64,000 nucleotides of DNA from an uncultured Aliarcobacter sp. (GTDB taxonomy: Bacteria > Campylobacterota > Campylobacteria > Campylobacterales > Arcobacteraceae), in contig CAXXLV010000002.1 in NCBI GenBank assembly GCA_963664305.2, positions 736,001 to 800,000 of the forward strand, read 5' to 3'. Positions within the stretch are counted from its first letter, which is position 1; the number at the start of each line of letters is the position of its first letter. The translations under genes and the position numbers were made by a program. Below the pieces are notes generated by a model. The model was not told the DNA's origin. It saw only the letters and a list, made by a program, of their open reading frames with translations, and ran no database searches. Shown piece after piece: positions 19,576-32,271 of this stretch.

Positions 19576-22521
19576 CTATTTTAAAGGCTTATTTATTGGT
19601 TCTTCTTTTTTCTTCTCTTCTTCTAAACTACTTTTTCCACTTATAAAATCTAAAAGTAATGATGGTGAAGTTAATATTCTTTTTGTAATATTCATAGGAA
19701 TACTAAAAGTTTCTTTTGTAAGATTTGTTGAAATACTTGGATTTGATAAATCCCCAAAAATATTTACTTGTGTTTCAACTCTATTATTATCGCCTAATAA
19801 CACATAATTAACTACAGGAATTGCTCCAACTATTTTTGAATAATCTTTTAAAAATATCAATTTAATTTCAGAATCTAAAGTCAAATCATTCAAATTTACT
19901 TTTCCTTTTCCTTCAAAATCAATACCATTTCCAACAGTTACAAGTTTTTTTACATCAAGTAACTCTTTTTCTTTACTATAATTAAACTCCATTACACCAT
20001 TTACTATTTTATATGCTGTTAGATTAAATCCTTGATTTGTTGCCATTCCAACAACAGAAGGAACTGCTAAAAGTGGATTTACAAGCGCAGGAGAAGTATG
20101 TATAAAAATCAAAAGATTATTTAAAATTGCTAAATCTTCAATATTACTATTTTCAATAATTAATTTTCCATTTAAATTATCTATATTTCCACTTGCAAGA
20201 AATACGATTTTTCCCCCTTTAAAAATATTTTTATCGAAAATTGCATTTACAAACTCATCATTAATTTCATTTGTAAAAATATCTATCTTTTTATCTTTTG
20301 AGATTTTTAGTGTTATATCTGTCTTTTTATATTGCAAATGAACATACTTTTCTTCATCTCTCACTCTTACTTCAAAGTTATCTGCTAAAAATTTATACTT
20401 ATCATTTATATAAATATTTGAATTATTTCCTATAATATTAATATTTTTATAACTATTGTTATCTTCTTTATCTTCAGTTTTATATACAACATCATAACCA
20501 TTAACATTTAAAGATAAATTTCCATTTTTCTGCTCTAAAATTAAATCATTATTTTTTGTATATAATTTTGTATAGTTATTTTTATTTACCCCTAAAAGCG
20601 TTAATTCATCTATCTTTTTTCCATCTTTTTTTAATGGAATATCTAAATCTTTTAAAGTAGCCTCAAATGTAATTTCTTCTTTTTTCAGAAGTATATTTGC
20701 ATTTTTTATTTTATAAGTAGTTCCATCTAAATTCAATTCACTATTTGTAAGATATACATTCATATTTTGATTTAGATTACTTGTATCTTGTTTTTTTGTA
20801 TCTAAAATGATATTTAGATTTTTTAAATATATTTTTAAATCATCTCTTACTTCAAGTTTTATATTTTCATCAGCAGAATTTATATCAATATTTTTACCAT
20901 TGATTGTTCCTAAAACATCAAGACTTTCGACATTTTGCCCATCTTTTTGAATAGGTAAATTTAAACCTTTTATTAAAGCTTTGAAGTTGATATTGTTATC
21001 ATTTTTAATATCTAAAGTTATATTTCCATCTTTTATTGATATGTCTTTTAAAAGTTTTGAATAGGGATAGATTTTTGATAAATTATTAATATTTACAGAA
21101 ACTACATCAGCAACTTTTACAGTTGTTTCTAAATCCTTTAGATTGATAATTGTTTCTTTATTAAAATCCATTTCAATAGGTGTTTTTTTATCTTTTATAT
21201 CAACAATTTTTTCACCACTATCTTTTTTAATTACCAATGAATTAATTGTTGTTTCACCTGAAGATTTTAGAGTTTTAGTATCTATATTTATATTTACAAG
21301 AGCATTTATCATATCTTTGTATTTAAAATCTGCATCTTTTACTAAAACATTACTTCCATCTAAAATTACTGTTGCATTTTTACTATTAAAAGAAAAATTA
21401 CCTATTGAAATCAAAGCATCTTTTACTAAAAATTCACCTTTTGTTGTCATTGGTTTTTCTAACTCATATGGAAACACTAAAGTTAAAGAAGCATCAGTGT
21501 TTCCACTCTTTTGAACTAATGGAAGATTGATTTTATAAGCTTTTAAAATATCTAAAATATCTTTATCCAATTTACTATTTGCTTCTATATGTACTTCAAC
21601 TTCACCATTTTGTGCACTTGTAAGATTATGAATAGTTACAAAACTTCCATCTAAACTTTTACCTCTAAAAGTTGGTTCAATTAAATCAAAATGAAGATTA
21701 TCATCTTTAAATGTAATATCTAAATTTTTTGTTTGTATAGCATCTACATCTTTGTGAAATCTAATTTTTGCTTCTTTTATTTGTGCTTTTCCATTTAAAG
21801 ATTTTTCAACTAGCTGATTGTTTTTTAAATCATATTCAGCATATAAGCCCTCAAGTTTTATATCTCCAGCAACATTATCATACATCCATTCTTCAGCTTC
21901 TTTTGGTAAATCTAAAAATTGTTTTATAAATTTTAAACTTTTAAAAGGAGAACTAACTATATAAAATTTTGCTAAATCTTTTGTCATATCAACATTTAAA
22001 TTTGCTTCTAAGTCTTGATAATAAAAGTTTCCAAAATAGTTTAATTTGTCATTAAAATAATCAATTTTTATTTTTCCATTAAATAATATTTCATAATCTT
22101 TTAAATATAAAGAATACATATCAAATAAAATTTGATTTCCACTTATGTCTACTTTTGAGGCAATATTCACAAATTTATTATCAAGATATAAATCTTGCTC
22201 ATCTAAAATAATTTTAAATTCATTATCATCAATTTTTAAACTCTGAATATTAATACTTTGAAATAGTTTTAGAACTTTTGGTAATAGTTCAATATCTTTT
22301 TTTAAGTCTTCAAAAGAACTTTTCGTTTCAATCTTTTTTGATTTATATTCGATATTATCAATATTCAAAATAAGTTTTTTATCCAATTTAATATAGAATT
22401 GCGAAACTGAAAAATTTGAAAAAGAGAAAGAGTCTATTTTTATGCCCGAATACAGATACGAAAGAAATGATATGATGATTAAAAAGAGGAGGACAAGTAA
22501 AAGTTTAATACTCTTCAACAT
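19576..22521 (-). CDS. AsmA-like / YhdP-family (DUF3971) periplasmic lipid-bridge protein
   Basis: N-terminal TM anchor, long beta-rich body, C-terminal IPVVNYVLLG...GDLSNP typical of AsmA_2. Confidence 0.75.
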   Translation of the reverse strand: MLKSIKLLLVLLFLIIISFLSYLYSGIKIDSFSFSNFSVSQFYIKLDKKLILNIDNIEYKSKKIETKSSFEDLKKDIELLPKVLKLFQSINIQSLKIDDNEFKIILDEQDLYLDNKFVNIASKVDISGNQILFDMYSLYLKDYEILFNGKIKIDYFNDKLNYFGNFYYQDLEANLNVDMTKDLAKFYIVSSPFKSLKFIKQFLDLPKEAEEWMYDNVAGDIKLEGLYAEYDLKNNQLVEKSLNGKAQIKEAKIRFHKDVDAIQTKNLDITFKDDNLHFDLIEPTFRGKSLDGSFVTIHNLTSAQNGEVEVHIEANSKLDKDILDILKAYKINLPLVQKSGNTDASLTLVFPYELEKPMTTKGEFLVKDALISIGNFSFNSKNATVILDGSNVLVKDADFKYKDMINALVNINIDTKTLKSSGETTINSLVIKKDSGEKIVDIKDKKTPIEMDFNKETIINLKDLETTVKVADVVSVNINNLSKIYPYSKLLKDISIKDGNITLDIKNDNNINFKALIKGLNLPIQKDGQNVESLDVLGTINGKNIDINSADENIKLEVRDDLKIYLKNLNIILDTKKQDTSNLNQNMNVYLTNSELNLDGTTYKIKNANILLKKEEITFEATLKDLDIPLKKDGKKIDELTLLGVNKNNYTKLYTKNNDLILEQKNGNLSLNVNGYDVVYKTEDKEDNNSYKNINIIGNNSNIYINDKYKFLADNFEVRVRDEEKYVHLQYKKTDITLKISKDKKIDIFTNEINDEFVNAIFDKNIFKGGKIVFLASGNIDNLNGKLIIENSNIEDLAILNNLLIFIHTSPALVNPLLAVPSVVGMATNQGFNLTAYKIVNGVMEFNYSKEKELLDVKKLVTVGNGIDFEGKGKVNLNDLTLDSEIKLIFLKDYSKIVGAIPVVNYVLLGDNNRVETQVNIFGDLSNPSISTNLTKETFSIPMNITKRILTSPSLLLDFISGKSSLEEEKKKEEPINKPLK

Positions 22522-23563
22522 TATTGATTTTATCCTTGTAAGCTTTATTGTGATTTTATTTTATGTAACAATGCCAGTAACTTCTACAAAAGTGTTGTTT
22601 ATTCCTAAAGGCAGTACAGCCAATATTATATCATACTTAAATAAAAGTGGATATGAGATGAATGGTCTTGATGCTGTAATTATCAAAACAATGGGTTATG
22701 TTCAAAGTGGTTGGATAGATATAAATCAAAATAGATTAACAAAAATGGATTTTATTTATAAACTAATAACTTCAAAAGCAGCATTAAAAGATATTACATT
22801 AATTCCTGGTGAAACATCGTATGTTTTCTTAAAAAAGTTAGCTGCTGAATTTAATTTATCTGAAGAAAAATTAACACAAATTTATGATCAATATGCATTT
22901 AAAGCTGATGGAAACATCTTAGCTGACACATATTCATTACCTTTAGGGATGAAAGAAGATTATATGATTTTTTATCTATTTTCTCAAACAAATAAAAAAT
23001 ATGAAGAGTTTTCAAAAAAGATTTTTGGAATTTATGATAGAAATAAATGGTACAACTACTTAATTTTAGCTTCAGTGATACAAAAAGAAGCAGCAACAAT
23101 AAATGAAATGCCAATTATTGCAAGTGTAATTCATAATAGACTAAAAAAAGGAATGAAACTTCAAATGGATGGAACATTAAATTATGGTAAATATTCAAAT
23201 GAAGTAGTAACTGCTGATAGAATCAGAGATGATGAAAGTTCATATAATACATATAAATTTGCAGGCCTTCCAAAGGATCCTGTTTGTGCAGTTGGTTTAG
23301 ATGCGATAAAAGCTGCAATGTTCCCTGTAAAAAGTAATTACATCTATTTTGTAAGAGATAATAGAAATGGTTTACATAAATTTGCAAGTACTTTTGAAGA
23401 ACATCAAGCAAATATCAGAGCAAATGTAGGTGTTGAAAAAACATATACAAAAGTAAAAGAAGTTGAAACAAAAATTGATGAAGAAGCAGAAACAATTATG
23501 AAAACTGATGTTACAAAACAGAAACCAACTTCAATTAAAGATTTATTTAACAATATAAATTAG
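22442..23563 (+). CDS. mltG: endolytic transglycosylase MltG (start could be 22472/22475)
   Basis: LASVIQKEA, NRLKKGMKLQMDGT, SYNTYKFAGLP. Confidence 0.93.
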   Translation: MPEYRYERNDMMIKKRRTSKSLILFNIIDFILVSFIVILFYVTMPVTSTKVLFIPKGSTANIISYLNKSGYEMNGLDAVIIKTMGYVQSGWIDINQNRLTKMDFIYKLITSKAALKDITLIPGETSYVFLKKLAAEFNLSEEKLTQIYDQYAFKADGNILADTYSLPLGMKEDYMIFYLFSQTNKKYEEFSKKIFGIYDRNKWYNYLILASVIQKEAATINEMPIIASVIHNRLKKGMKLQMDGTLNYGKYSNEVVTADRIRDDESSYNTYKFAGLPKDPVCAVGLDAIKAAMFPVKSNYIYFVRDNRNGLHKFASTFEEHQANIRANVGVEKTYTKVKEVETKIDEEAETIMKTDVTKQKPTSIKDLFNNIN

Positions 23564-23570
23564 TCTAACT

Positions 23571-23601
23571 TGTGAAAATTTGAAACAATCAAATTTTCAC
23601 A
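23571..23601 (+). terminator. hairpin after mltG
   Basis: tgtgaaaatttga-aacaa-tcaaattttcaca perfect inverted repeat. Confidence 0.55.
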
Positions 23602-23667
23602 CCTTTAAATATTCAAAACTTTAAATTACCCTAAAATCAAATCTAGATAATATATCTCCAACATTAA

Positions 23668-25881
<2,214 letters not shown>

Positions 25882-25899
25882 TTTATCCTTTAATATTTC

Positions 25900-25930
25900 A
25901 AAAGGCAAGGCTTCGGCTTTGCCTTTTTTT
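25900..25930 (+). terminator. Rho-independent terminator
   Basis: aaaaggcaaggc-ttcg-gctttgcctttttttt. Confidence 0.85.
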
Positions 25931-25979
25931 ATGCCCAAAAAGATATAATTTCTCCCAAAGAAATTTTAAAGGCTCTATT

Positions 25980-26927
25980 TTGAATACAAAAACTATTGGA
26001 ATTGTTGGAGTTGGAAATGTAGGTTCAACTTTAGCTTTTACACTTGCAACAAAAAACATATGCAATACCCTACTTTTAAAAGATGTAAGAGAAAATATTG
26101 TACAAGCAATGGCACTTGATATTTCTCAAGCTACAAATGCAGCACGTAGTAAAACTTATGTAAAAGCATGTTTGAATAACGATGATTTCAAAGATTGCGA
26201 TATTATTGTAATTACTGCTGGAATTGCAAGAAAGCCTGGAATGAGTAGAGATGATTTACTAATAACTAATGCAAAAATCATGACTTCTGTAATAAATGAT
26301 GTTTTACCAAATAATAAAAATGCAATCTTTATCATCGTTTCAAATCCTCTTGATGCTATGGTTTACACTGCACTTAAAGCTTCTAATCTTCCTAGAAATA
26401 AAGTACTTGGAATGGCAGGAATTTTAGATAGTGCAAGAATGAGTCATTTTATCTTTGAAAAACTAGGATACGGACAAGGACAAATTGAAGCTTCAGTTAT
26501 GGGTGGACACGGTGATACTATGGTTCCACTAGCTGATTTTTCTACAGTTGCTGGAGTAAAACTTGAAGAACTTTTATCAAAAGAAGATATAGAAGACATC
26601 ATAAATAAAACAAAAAATGGTGGAGCTCAAATAGTAAAACTTCTTGAAACAGGTTCAGCATATTATGCACCTGCATATTCAACTTCACTTATGATTGAAG
26701 CAATAATAGAAGATAAAAAGAAAATTTATCCATGTGCTATTATGCTTGAAGGTGAATATGGATATGAAAATATAGTTTCAGGAGTTCCAGTTATGTTAGG
26801 TTCTAATGGAGTTGAAAAAGTTATTGAATTAAATTTAAAAGAAAAACAAAAAATAGAATTTTCTAAATCTGTCTCTTCGGTTCAAGAATTAGTTGATATT
26901 TTAGAAGAAAAATTTTTTAATAATTAA
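25980..26927 (+). CDS. mdh: malate dehydrogenase (LDH-like)
   Basis: GVGNVG, TAGIARKPGMSRDDL, NPLDAM, LDSAR, GGHGD. Confidence 0.95.
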   Translation: MNTKTIGIVGVGNVGSTLAFTLATKNICNTLLLKDVRENIVQAMALDISQATNAARSKTYVKACLNNDDFKDCDIIVITAGIARKPGMSRDDLLITNAKIMTSVINDVLPNNKNAIFIIVSNPLDAMVYTALKASNLPRNKVLGMAGILDSARMSHFIFEKLGYGQGQIEASVMGGHGDTMVPLADFSTVAGVKLEELLSKEDIEDIINKTKNGGAQIVKLLETGSAYYAPAYSTSLMIEAIIEDKKKIYPCAIMLEGEYGYENIVSGVPVMLGSNGVEKVIELNLKEKQKIEFSKSVSSVQELVDILEEKFFNN

Positions 26928-26938
26928 AAGGAAATATT

Positions 26939-27229
26939 ATGAAACAAACATTTGAAGTTTTAAATGTAAAATGTGGTGGTTGTGCAAATACATTAATCAA
27001 ATCTTTAAAAGATGAATTTGGTGATATTGAAGTTAATTTAGATGTAACTCCAAGACAAATTACTCTTGATATAGAAGATGCTAAAAAAGAGGCTTTAAAA
27101 CAAAAACTTAGAAGTTTAGGTTATCCTTTAACTACTGATGAATTAAGTGGATTTGAGAAAGCAACAACAACTGCAAAAAGTTTTGTTTCTTGTGCAATTG
27201 GAAAATTTGACGTCGCAACAAAAAAATAG
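26939..27229 (+). CDS. heavy-metal-associated (HMA, CopZ-like) protein
   Basis: NVKCGGCA metal-binding motif; C-terminal AKSFVSCAIG. Confidence 0.85.
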   Translation: MKQTFEVLNVKCGGCANTLIKSLKDEFGDIEVNLDVTPRQITLDIEDAKKEALKQKLRSLGYPLTTDELSGFEKATTTAKSFVSCAIGKFDVATKK

Positions 27230-27320
27230 ACTAGTTTTTCATAATAACTAAAGGATTTATAACACTTCTTTAGATAAAATTACGCCCTTTGTAAAAGATA
27301 AAAGTATTTAGGTAGAAAAC

Positions 27321-27728
27321 ATGAAAGTAGTTATTGGAGTAGTAGGTAATGATATTCACGTAGTTGCAAATCGACTAATTGATATATCACTACAAGCAAG
27401 AGGTTTTGAAGTTTTTAATCTTGGTGTTAATACATACCTTGAAGAGTTTATTGATGCAGTTATTGAAACAAATGCTGATGTTTTATTAATCTCTTCATTA
27501 AATGGTGAAGCAGAAGGTTGGTGTAGAGACCTTCCTATTTTAAAATCAAAATATAAAAATCTAAAAGATGTTGTATTTATGTTAGGTGGAAACCTTGCCG
27601 TTGGTGAAGGTGATGCTAGTGTTATCGTTCCTAAATTTAAAAACTATGGTTTTGATTTAGTATTTCACCAAGTTGATTTAAATACAGGTCTTGATGAATT
27701 AGAAAGATATTTAAAGGAGAGAAATTGA
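27321..27728 (+). CDS. glmS: B12-binding S subunit of glutamate (methylaspartate) mutase
   Basis: GVVGNDIHVVAN (DxH base-off motif), NLGV, ISSLNG, LGGNLAVG; first gene of an S-E-L cluster. Confidence 0.88.
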   Translation: MKVVIGVVGNDIHVVANRLIDISLQARGFEVFNLGVNTYLEEFIDAVIETNADVLLISSLNGEAEGWCRDLPILKSKYKNLKDVVFMLGGNLAVGEGDASVIVPKFKNYGFDLVFHQVDLNTGLDELERYLKERN

Positions 27729-29089
27729 GTTTACTGCAAGAAGAAAGAAATATAATTGTACAAAATAAATATGCAGATAATTTTGACTTTGCAGAAATTG
27801 AAGAGTTTATAAAAAACGCTTCAAAAAATTTATTTATTTCTCACCACTTTAAAAATTCTAATAAAATGTTAGTTCAACCAAGAGGTGGATTTCCAACTTA
27901 TAAAAAAATGTTCTCATTATATGAATATTTTGTTGGTGCAAATGTAGATGTACTTCCATGTACAATTGACTCAAATACAAGATTAAATGACTATGCAACA
28001 AGTGCTAAGATGTTAAAACTTTCAGAAGAGAATGAAGTTGATATGTTAAATGGTTATCCACTTGTAAATCATGGGTATAGAACAACTAGAAAAATGATGA
28101 CTCATTTTGATAAACCTATTTCTCTAAGACATGGAACACCAGATGCTAGACTTTTAATCGAAACTGCCTTAGGTTCTGGTATTTTTGAAATTGAAGGTGG
28201 ACCAATTACTTATCTTTTACCATATTCAAAAAACTTTCCACTTGATAAAGCGTTTATGTATTGGAAATATGTAGAAAAAATTTGTGCAAATTATTCAAAA
28301 TTAAATGAACCAATCAATAGAGAATCATTTGGACCTTTAACAGCAACATTAGTTCCACCTTGTATTACAATAGTTATTCAACTTTGTGAAATGCTTTTAT
28401 CACTTGAAGAGGGAGTAAAATCTTTCTCTGTATCATTCTCACAAACTGGTTCAATGATTCAAGATATTGTAACAGCTAATGTTTTAAGAAAAATGGCAAA
28501 ACATTATGCAGAACAAATTGGATGTGGAGATGCTAGAATAAATCTAGTATATCACCAATGGATGGGTGCTTTCCCTTCAAATAAAGATTATTCAGAATCA
28601 TTAATTAATACTTCAACGGTAATTGCTATGATGGTAAAAGCTGATAAAATTATTACAAAAACAAGAGATGAGTCTTTTGGTATTCCAACACGAGAATCAA
28701 ATGCAAAAACAGTTGCAAATACTCAATATACTTTAGGAATGTTACATGGAATTCCTACAATCACTGATGAGATGGAAGAAGAAATCCTAACAGAAGAAGT
28801 AAAAAGTATCATGGAAGCTGTATTCAATGATAAAGCTGACACTTTATGGAGAAAAGTATTTAACTCTATAAAAGCTGGAATTATTGATGTTCCATACTCT
28901 CCACATATTATAAATCATAATGAAGTTGTAACAGTAAGAGATAAAAATAAAAATATTAGAATCATAAAAAGAGGAAATCTTCCAATAAGTGATAGATGTT
29001 TTGAATATGAAAAATCAAAATGTGACTTAAACAAAGATGCCTCTTCAATCGTAAATGATATTATTCATGATATAGGAATTATGCAATGA
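27725..29089 (+). CDS. glmE: glutamate mutase E (catalytic) subunit
   Basis: VQPRGG, TIDSNTR, LNGYPLVNHG, RHGTPDARLL, EGGPITY, NRESFGPLT, HQWMGAFP. Confidence 0.92.
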   Translation: MSLLQEERNIIVQNKYADNFDFAEIEEFIKNASKNLFISHHFKNSNKMLVQPRGGFPTYKKMFSLYEYFVGANVDVLPCTIDSNTRLNDYATSAKMLKLSEENEVDMLNGYPLVNHGYRTTRKMMTHFDKPISLRHGTPDARLLIETALGSGIFEIEGGPITYLLPYSKNFPLDKAFMYWKYVEKICANYSKLNEPINRESFGPLTATLVPPCITIVIQLCEMLLSLEEGVKSFSVSFSQTGSMIQDIVTANVLRKMAKHYAEQIGCGDARINLVYHQWMGAFPSNKDYSESLINTSTVIAMMVKADKIITKTRDESFGIPTRESNAKTVANTQYTLGMLHGIPTITDEMEEEILTEEVKSIMEAVFNDKADTLWRKVFNSIKAGIIDVPYSPHIINHNEVVTVRDKNKNIRIIKRGNLPISDRCFEYEKSKCDLNKDASSIVNDIIHDIGIMQ

Positions 29090-30270
29090 GCCAAAATAAA
29101 TTATTAGTAGATGTTGGAAGTACATACTTTAAAGTTAGTGCAAATGGAAATATAAATCAATATTTTAGAGATTTTAACAAAGACATTTTTGATGATTTAA
29201 CTTCTAAATGTGGTGATATTATCTCTAAATTTAAAAAAGATGAAGTATTTATTTGTTCTTCTGCAAATGGTGGATTAACTACATTAATTATTGGAATTAC
29301 TAACTCTTTTTCTTTAAAATTTGCTACAAATATTGCATATAATTCAGGTATTAATATTATTAATACAGTTTTATACCAAGATATAGATACAACTTCAATT
29401 CCAAGTGATTTAATTGATGTTGTTATTCTTGTTGGAGGAATTGATTCTATTTCAAATGTTTTTGATGAAAAATTATTTAATTTCTTAGAGAATCTAAATT
29501 ATTCAAATGTTGTATTTGCTGGAACAACACAAGATGAAAAATATTTAAAAGAAAAAATTAAAAATTTAGTTGTTGTTGATAATATCATAAACAACAAACT
29601 ACATGTTGTTGAAGAGCCTTTAAAACAATATTTAACGAACCTTTATCAAGCTGATATTGAAGGAAAAGAAGATATAAAACATTTATATGATTTAACTTCA
29701 AATCAAATTTACTCTACTCCATATATTGTAAATAAAACTCTTCCTTTAATTGATACTAAATTTGCAGCTGTAAATCCATTTATTTTAATTGATATTGGTG
29801 GAGCAACAACAGATATTCACTATTCAAAAGATTTATCTATGGATAATATGGTAACTGAAAATGAATATGATAGACTTGTATTTAAAAAACTAGGTGTTTA
29901 TAAATCAAAAGAGTCTTTAATTTTTGCAGCTAAAAACAATGAATTTGTTTATGAATTATTAGCACATTTAAAAGTTACAGAAAATATTTTCAATGAAGAT
30001 TCTCCAAAAGCACTAAGAGTTTTAATGCAATTAGCAATTTTCCTAGTTTTATATAAAGTAAGTGATGCTCATCCTTTATATATAAAATTAAAGTTAAATT
30101 TACTAAAATCAATTGTATTAACAGGTGGAATTACTAAAGTTTTAACTTTTGATGAAGCAACAGATATTATCTCTTTCTTCTACAAAAAGATTTTAAATTC
30201 AGATATTTATCCTTCTATTATCATGGACTATGACTATGATATTTGGACTTTGGGTATTACACAACAATAA
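29086..30270 (+). CDS. glmL: glutamate mutase reactivating factor GlmL (ASKHA ATPase)
   Basis: VDVGSTYFK, CSSANGGL, DIGGATTDIH, LTGG. Confidence 0.88.
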   Translation: MSQNKLLVDVGSTYFKVSANGNINQYFRDFNKDIFDDLTSKCGDIISKFKKDEVFICSSANGGLTTLIIGITNSFSLKFATNIAYNSGINIINTVLYQDIDTTSIPSDLIDVVILVGGIDSISNVFDEKLFNFLENLNYSNVVFAGTTQDEKYLKEKIKNLVVVDNIINNKLHVVEEPLKQYLTNLYQADIEGKEDIKHLYDLTSNQIYSTPYIVNKTLPLIDTKFAAVNPFILIDIGGATTDIHYSKDLSMDNMVTENEYDRLVFKKLGVYKSKESLIFAAKNNEFVYELLAHLKVTENIFNEDSPKALRVLMQLAIFLVLYKVSDAHPLYIKLKLNLLKSIVLTGGITKVLTFDEATDIISFFYKKILNSDIYPSIIMDYDYDIWTLGITQQ

Positions 30271-30282
30271 AAAGGGGCAATT

Positions 30283-31854
30283 ATGTCAATAAATTGTATT
30301 AGAACATTAATTGAAGATGCAAATATTTCTCATCCACAAAAAGTTGCATTAGTATATGGAAATGAAAAATTAACTTATGGTGAATTATTTACAAAAGTTA
30401 ATCAAATAGCCCTTTATTTATCAGAATTAGATTTACCAAAAGGTAGTAGAATTGGAATTTATTCAAATAAAGGAATAGACCAAGTAATTGCTATATTAGC
30501 TACATTATCTACTAATTATGTTTTGGTTCCTTTAACAAAGTTTTTAAAACCAGAGCAAGTTGAATATATTATTAGTGATTGTGATATTAAATGTATTATT
30601 ACAGATAGAGTTAAAATAGAGTCAATTGAAGAGATTAAATTTAATGGAAAAATAATCTCTTATGAAACTACAAATAAAGATTTACCTTCATTTGAAGAGA
30701 TTTATAAATATTATAATAAACCTTATAATTGTAATGTAAATGGTCATGATAATGCAATTATTACTTACTCTTTTGGTCTTAGTGGTCAACCAAAAGGAAT
30801 TGTAATTTCTCATAGAAATTTAATTGATAGTGCAAGAGTTGTATCTTCTTATTTACAATTAAAAGAGGATGATGTAATTTCTGGATTATTATATTTTAAT
30901 TTAGACTATGGATTAAATCAAATTTTCTGTTCTTTATATAAAAGAGCAACTTTAGCGTTACATAGATTTGTTTTACCAACAGATTTCTTTAACCATTTAA
31001 TAAATGATAAAGTATCTGTAATCTCTTTAATGCCTATAAATATTACTGAAATGTTTGATGAAGAAGAGTATAAACTTCCAAATCCATCTTTACTTGAAAA
31101 TATAAGAATTATTGCATCTTCAGGTGGTAATGTAACTGCAAAAATGATAAAAGATATTGAAAAATATTTTGTAAAAGCAAAATTCTATTCAATGCATGGA
31201 TTAACAGAAGCATTTAGATCAACTTATTTAGACCCAAGTCAGTTAAAAATAAGACCAGATTCTATTGGAAAAGCTATTCCTGATGTTGAATTATATGTAA
31301 TAGATGAAAATGGAAATGAATGTCCACCAAGAGTTGTTGGTGAATTAATTCATAGAGGTGGATATATCTACAAAGGTTATTGGAATGCACCAAAAGAGAC
31401 TAAAGAAAGATTCAAATCTATTCAAATTCTTAAAAATGTAATTAATCTTGAAGGGCAATTAACAGATGAAATAGTTGTTCAAACAGGAGATTATGTTTAT
31501 AAAGATGAAGAAGGATACTTCTACTTTGTTTCAAGACATGATGACATGATTAAAACAAGAGGATATAGAGTAAATCCTTATGAAATTGAATCTGTTGTTA
31601 AAAGAGAATTACAAGATATCGAAAAATGTGCAGTATTCTCAATAGAAAATGAAGAAATAGAAGAAGAAATTGTTTTAGTTTATAGTGCTAAAAATGAATT
31701 AAGTTCTAGTGAAATTTTATTTGAACTAAAAAAACATTTAGCATCATATATGATTCCATCTAAAATAATTTATAAAAAATCATTACCTCTTGTTCCTTCT
31801 GATAAAAATAAAATCAATAAAGAAGAGCTAAAAAGAGAGCTTATTTCAAAATAA
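30283..31854 (+). CDS. AMP-forming ligase (ANL superfamily) with a non-canonical P-loop
   Basis: GQPKGIVISH, GLTEAFRSTYL, SIGKAIP, TGD, RHDDMIKTRGYRV; canonical YTSGSTG is replaced by TYSFGLSG. Confidence 0.85.
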   Translation: MSINCIRTLIEDANISHPQKVALVYGNEKLTYGELFTKVNQIALYLSELDLPKGSRIGIYSNKGIDQVIAILATLSTNYVLVPLTKFLKPEQVEYIISDCDIKCIITDRVKIESIEEIKFNGKIISYETTNKDLPSFEEIYKYYNKPYNCNVNGHDNAIITYSFGLSGQPKGIVISHRNLIDSARVVSSYLQLKEDDVISGLLYFNLDYGLNQIFCSLYKRATLALHRFVLPTDFFNHLINDKVSVISLMPINITEMFDEEEYKLPNPSLLENIRIIASSGGNVTAKMIKDIEKYFVKAKFYSMHGLTEAFRSTYLDPSQLKIRPDSIGKAIPDVELYVIDENGNECPPRVVGELIHRGGYIYKGYWNAPKETKERFKSIQILKNVINLEGQLTDEIVVQTGDYVYKDEEGYFYFVSRHDDMIKTRGYRVNPYEIESVVKRELQDIEKCAVFSIENEEIEEEIVLVYSAKNELSSSEILFELKKHLASYMIPSKIIYKKSLPLVPSDKNKINKEELKRELISK

Positions 31855-31897
31855 AAAGAATAATTTTTAATTATTCTTTTTAAAATCTTTAAAATAC

Positions 31898-31911
31898 TTG
31901 ATTGAAGTCAA
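31898..31911. promoter_or_regulatory. FNR/CRP-family-like box
   Basis: TTGAT-tgaa-GTCAA (9/10 to TTGAT-N4-ATCAA), upstream of a TATAAT and the cytochrome c gene. Confidence 0.5.
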
Positions 31912-31967
31912 TAAACTCTAAATAATATTTTTATATAATCCTTTTATCTTATATAAAAGGATTATTC

Positions 31968-32246
31968 ATGAAAAAAATAATTATCGCTACAACTTTATTA
32001 ACTGCATGTGTTGCTTTCGCTAACCCTTATGCAAAATGTGCTACATGTCATGGTGCAAACGGTGAGAAAGCTGCTTTAGGTAAATCAAAAGTTATCAAAG
32101 ATATGACTAAAGCTGATTTTGTTGCTGCATTAAAAGGTTACCAAGATGGAACTTATGGTGGAGTTCAAAAAGCATTAATGGTTGGTCAAGTTAAAGATAT
32201 GACAGAAGCAACTATGAATGAGATTGCTGATTTAATCATCAAATAA
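31968..32246 (+). CDS. cytochrome c553-type monohaem cytochrome
   Basis: Signal peptide, CATCHG, distal Met (KALM). Confidence 0.92.
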   Translation: MKKIIIATTLLTACVAFANPYAKCATCHGANGEKAALGKSKVIKDMTKADFVAALKGYQDGTYGGVQKALMVGQVKDMTEATMNEIADLIIK

Positions 32247-32271
32247 TCCTCATTATTCAAAAACTAGAAGA

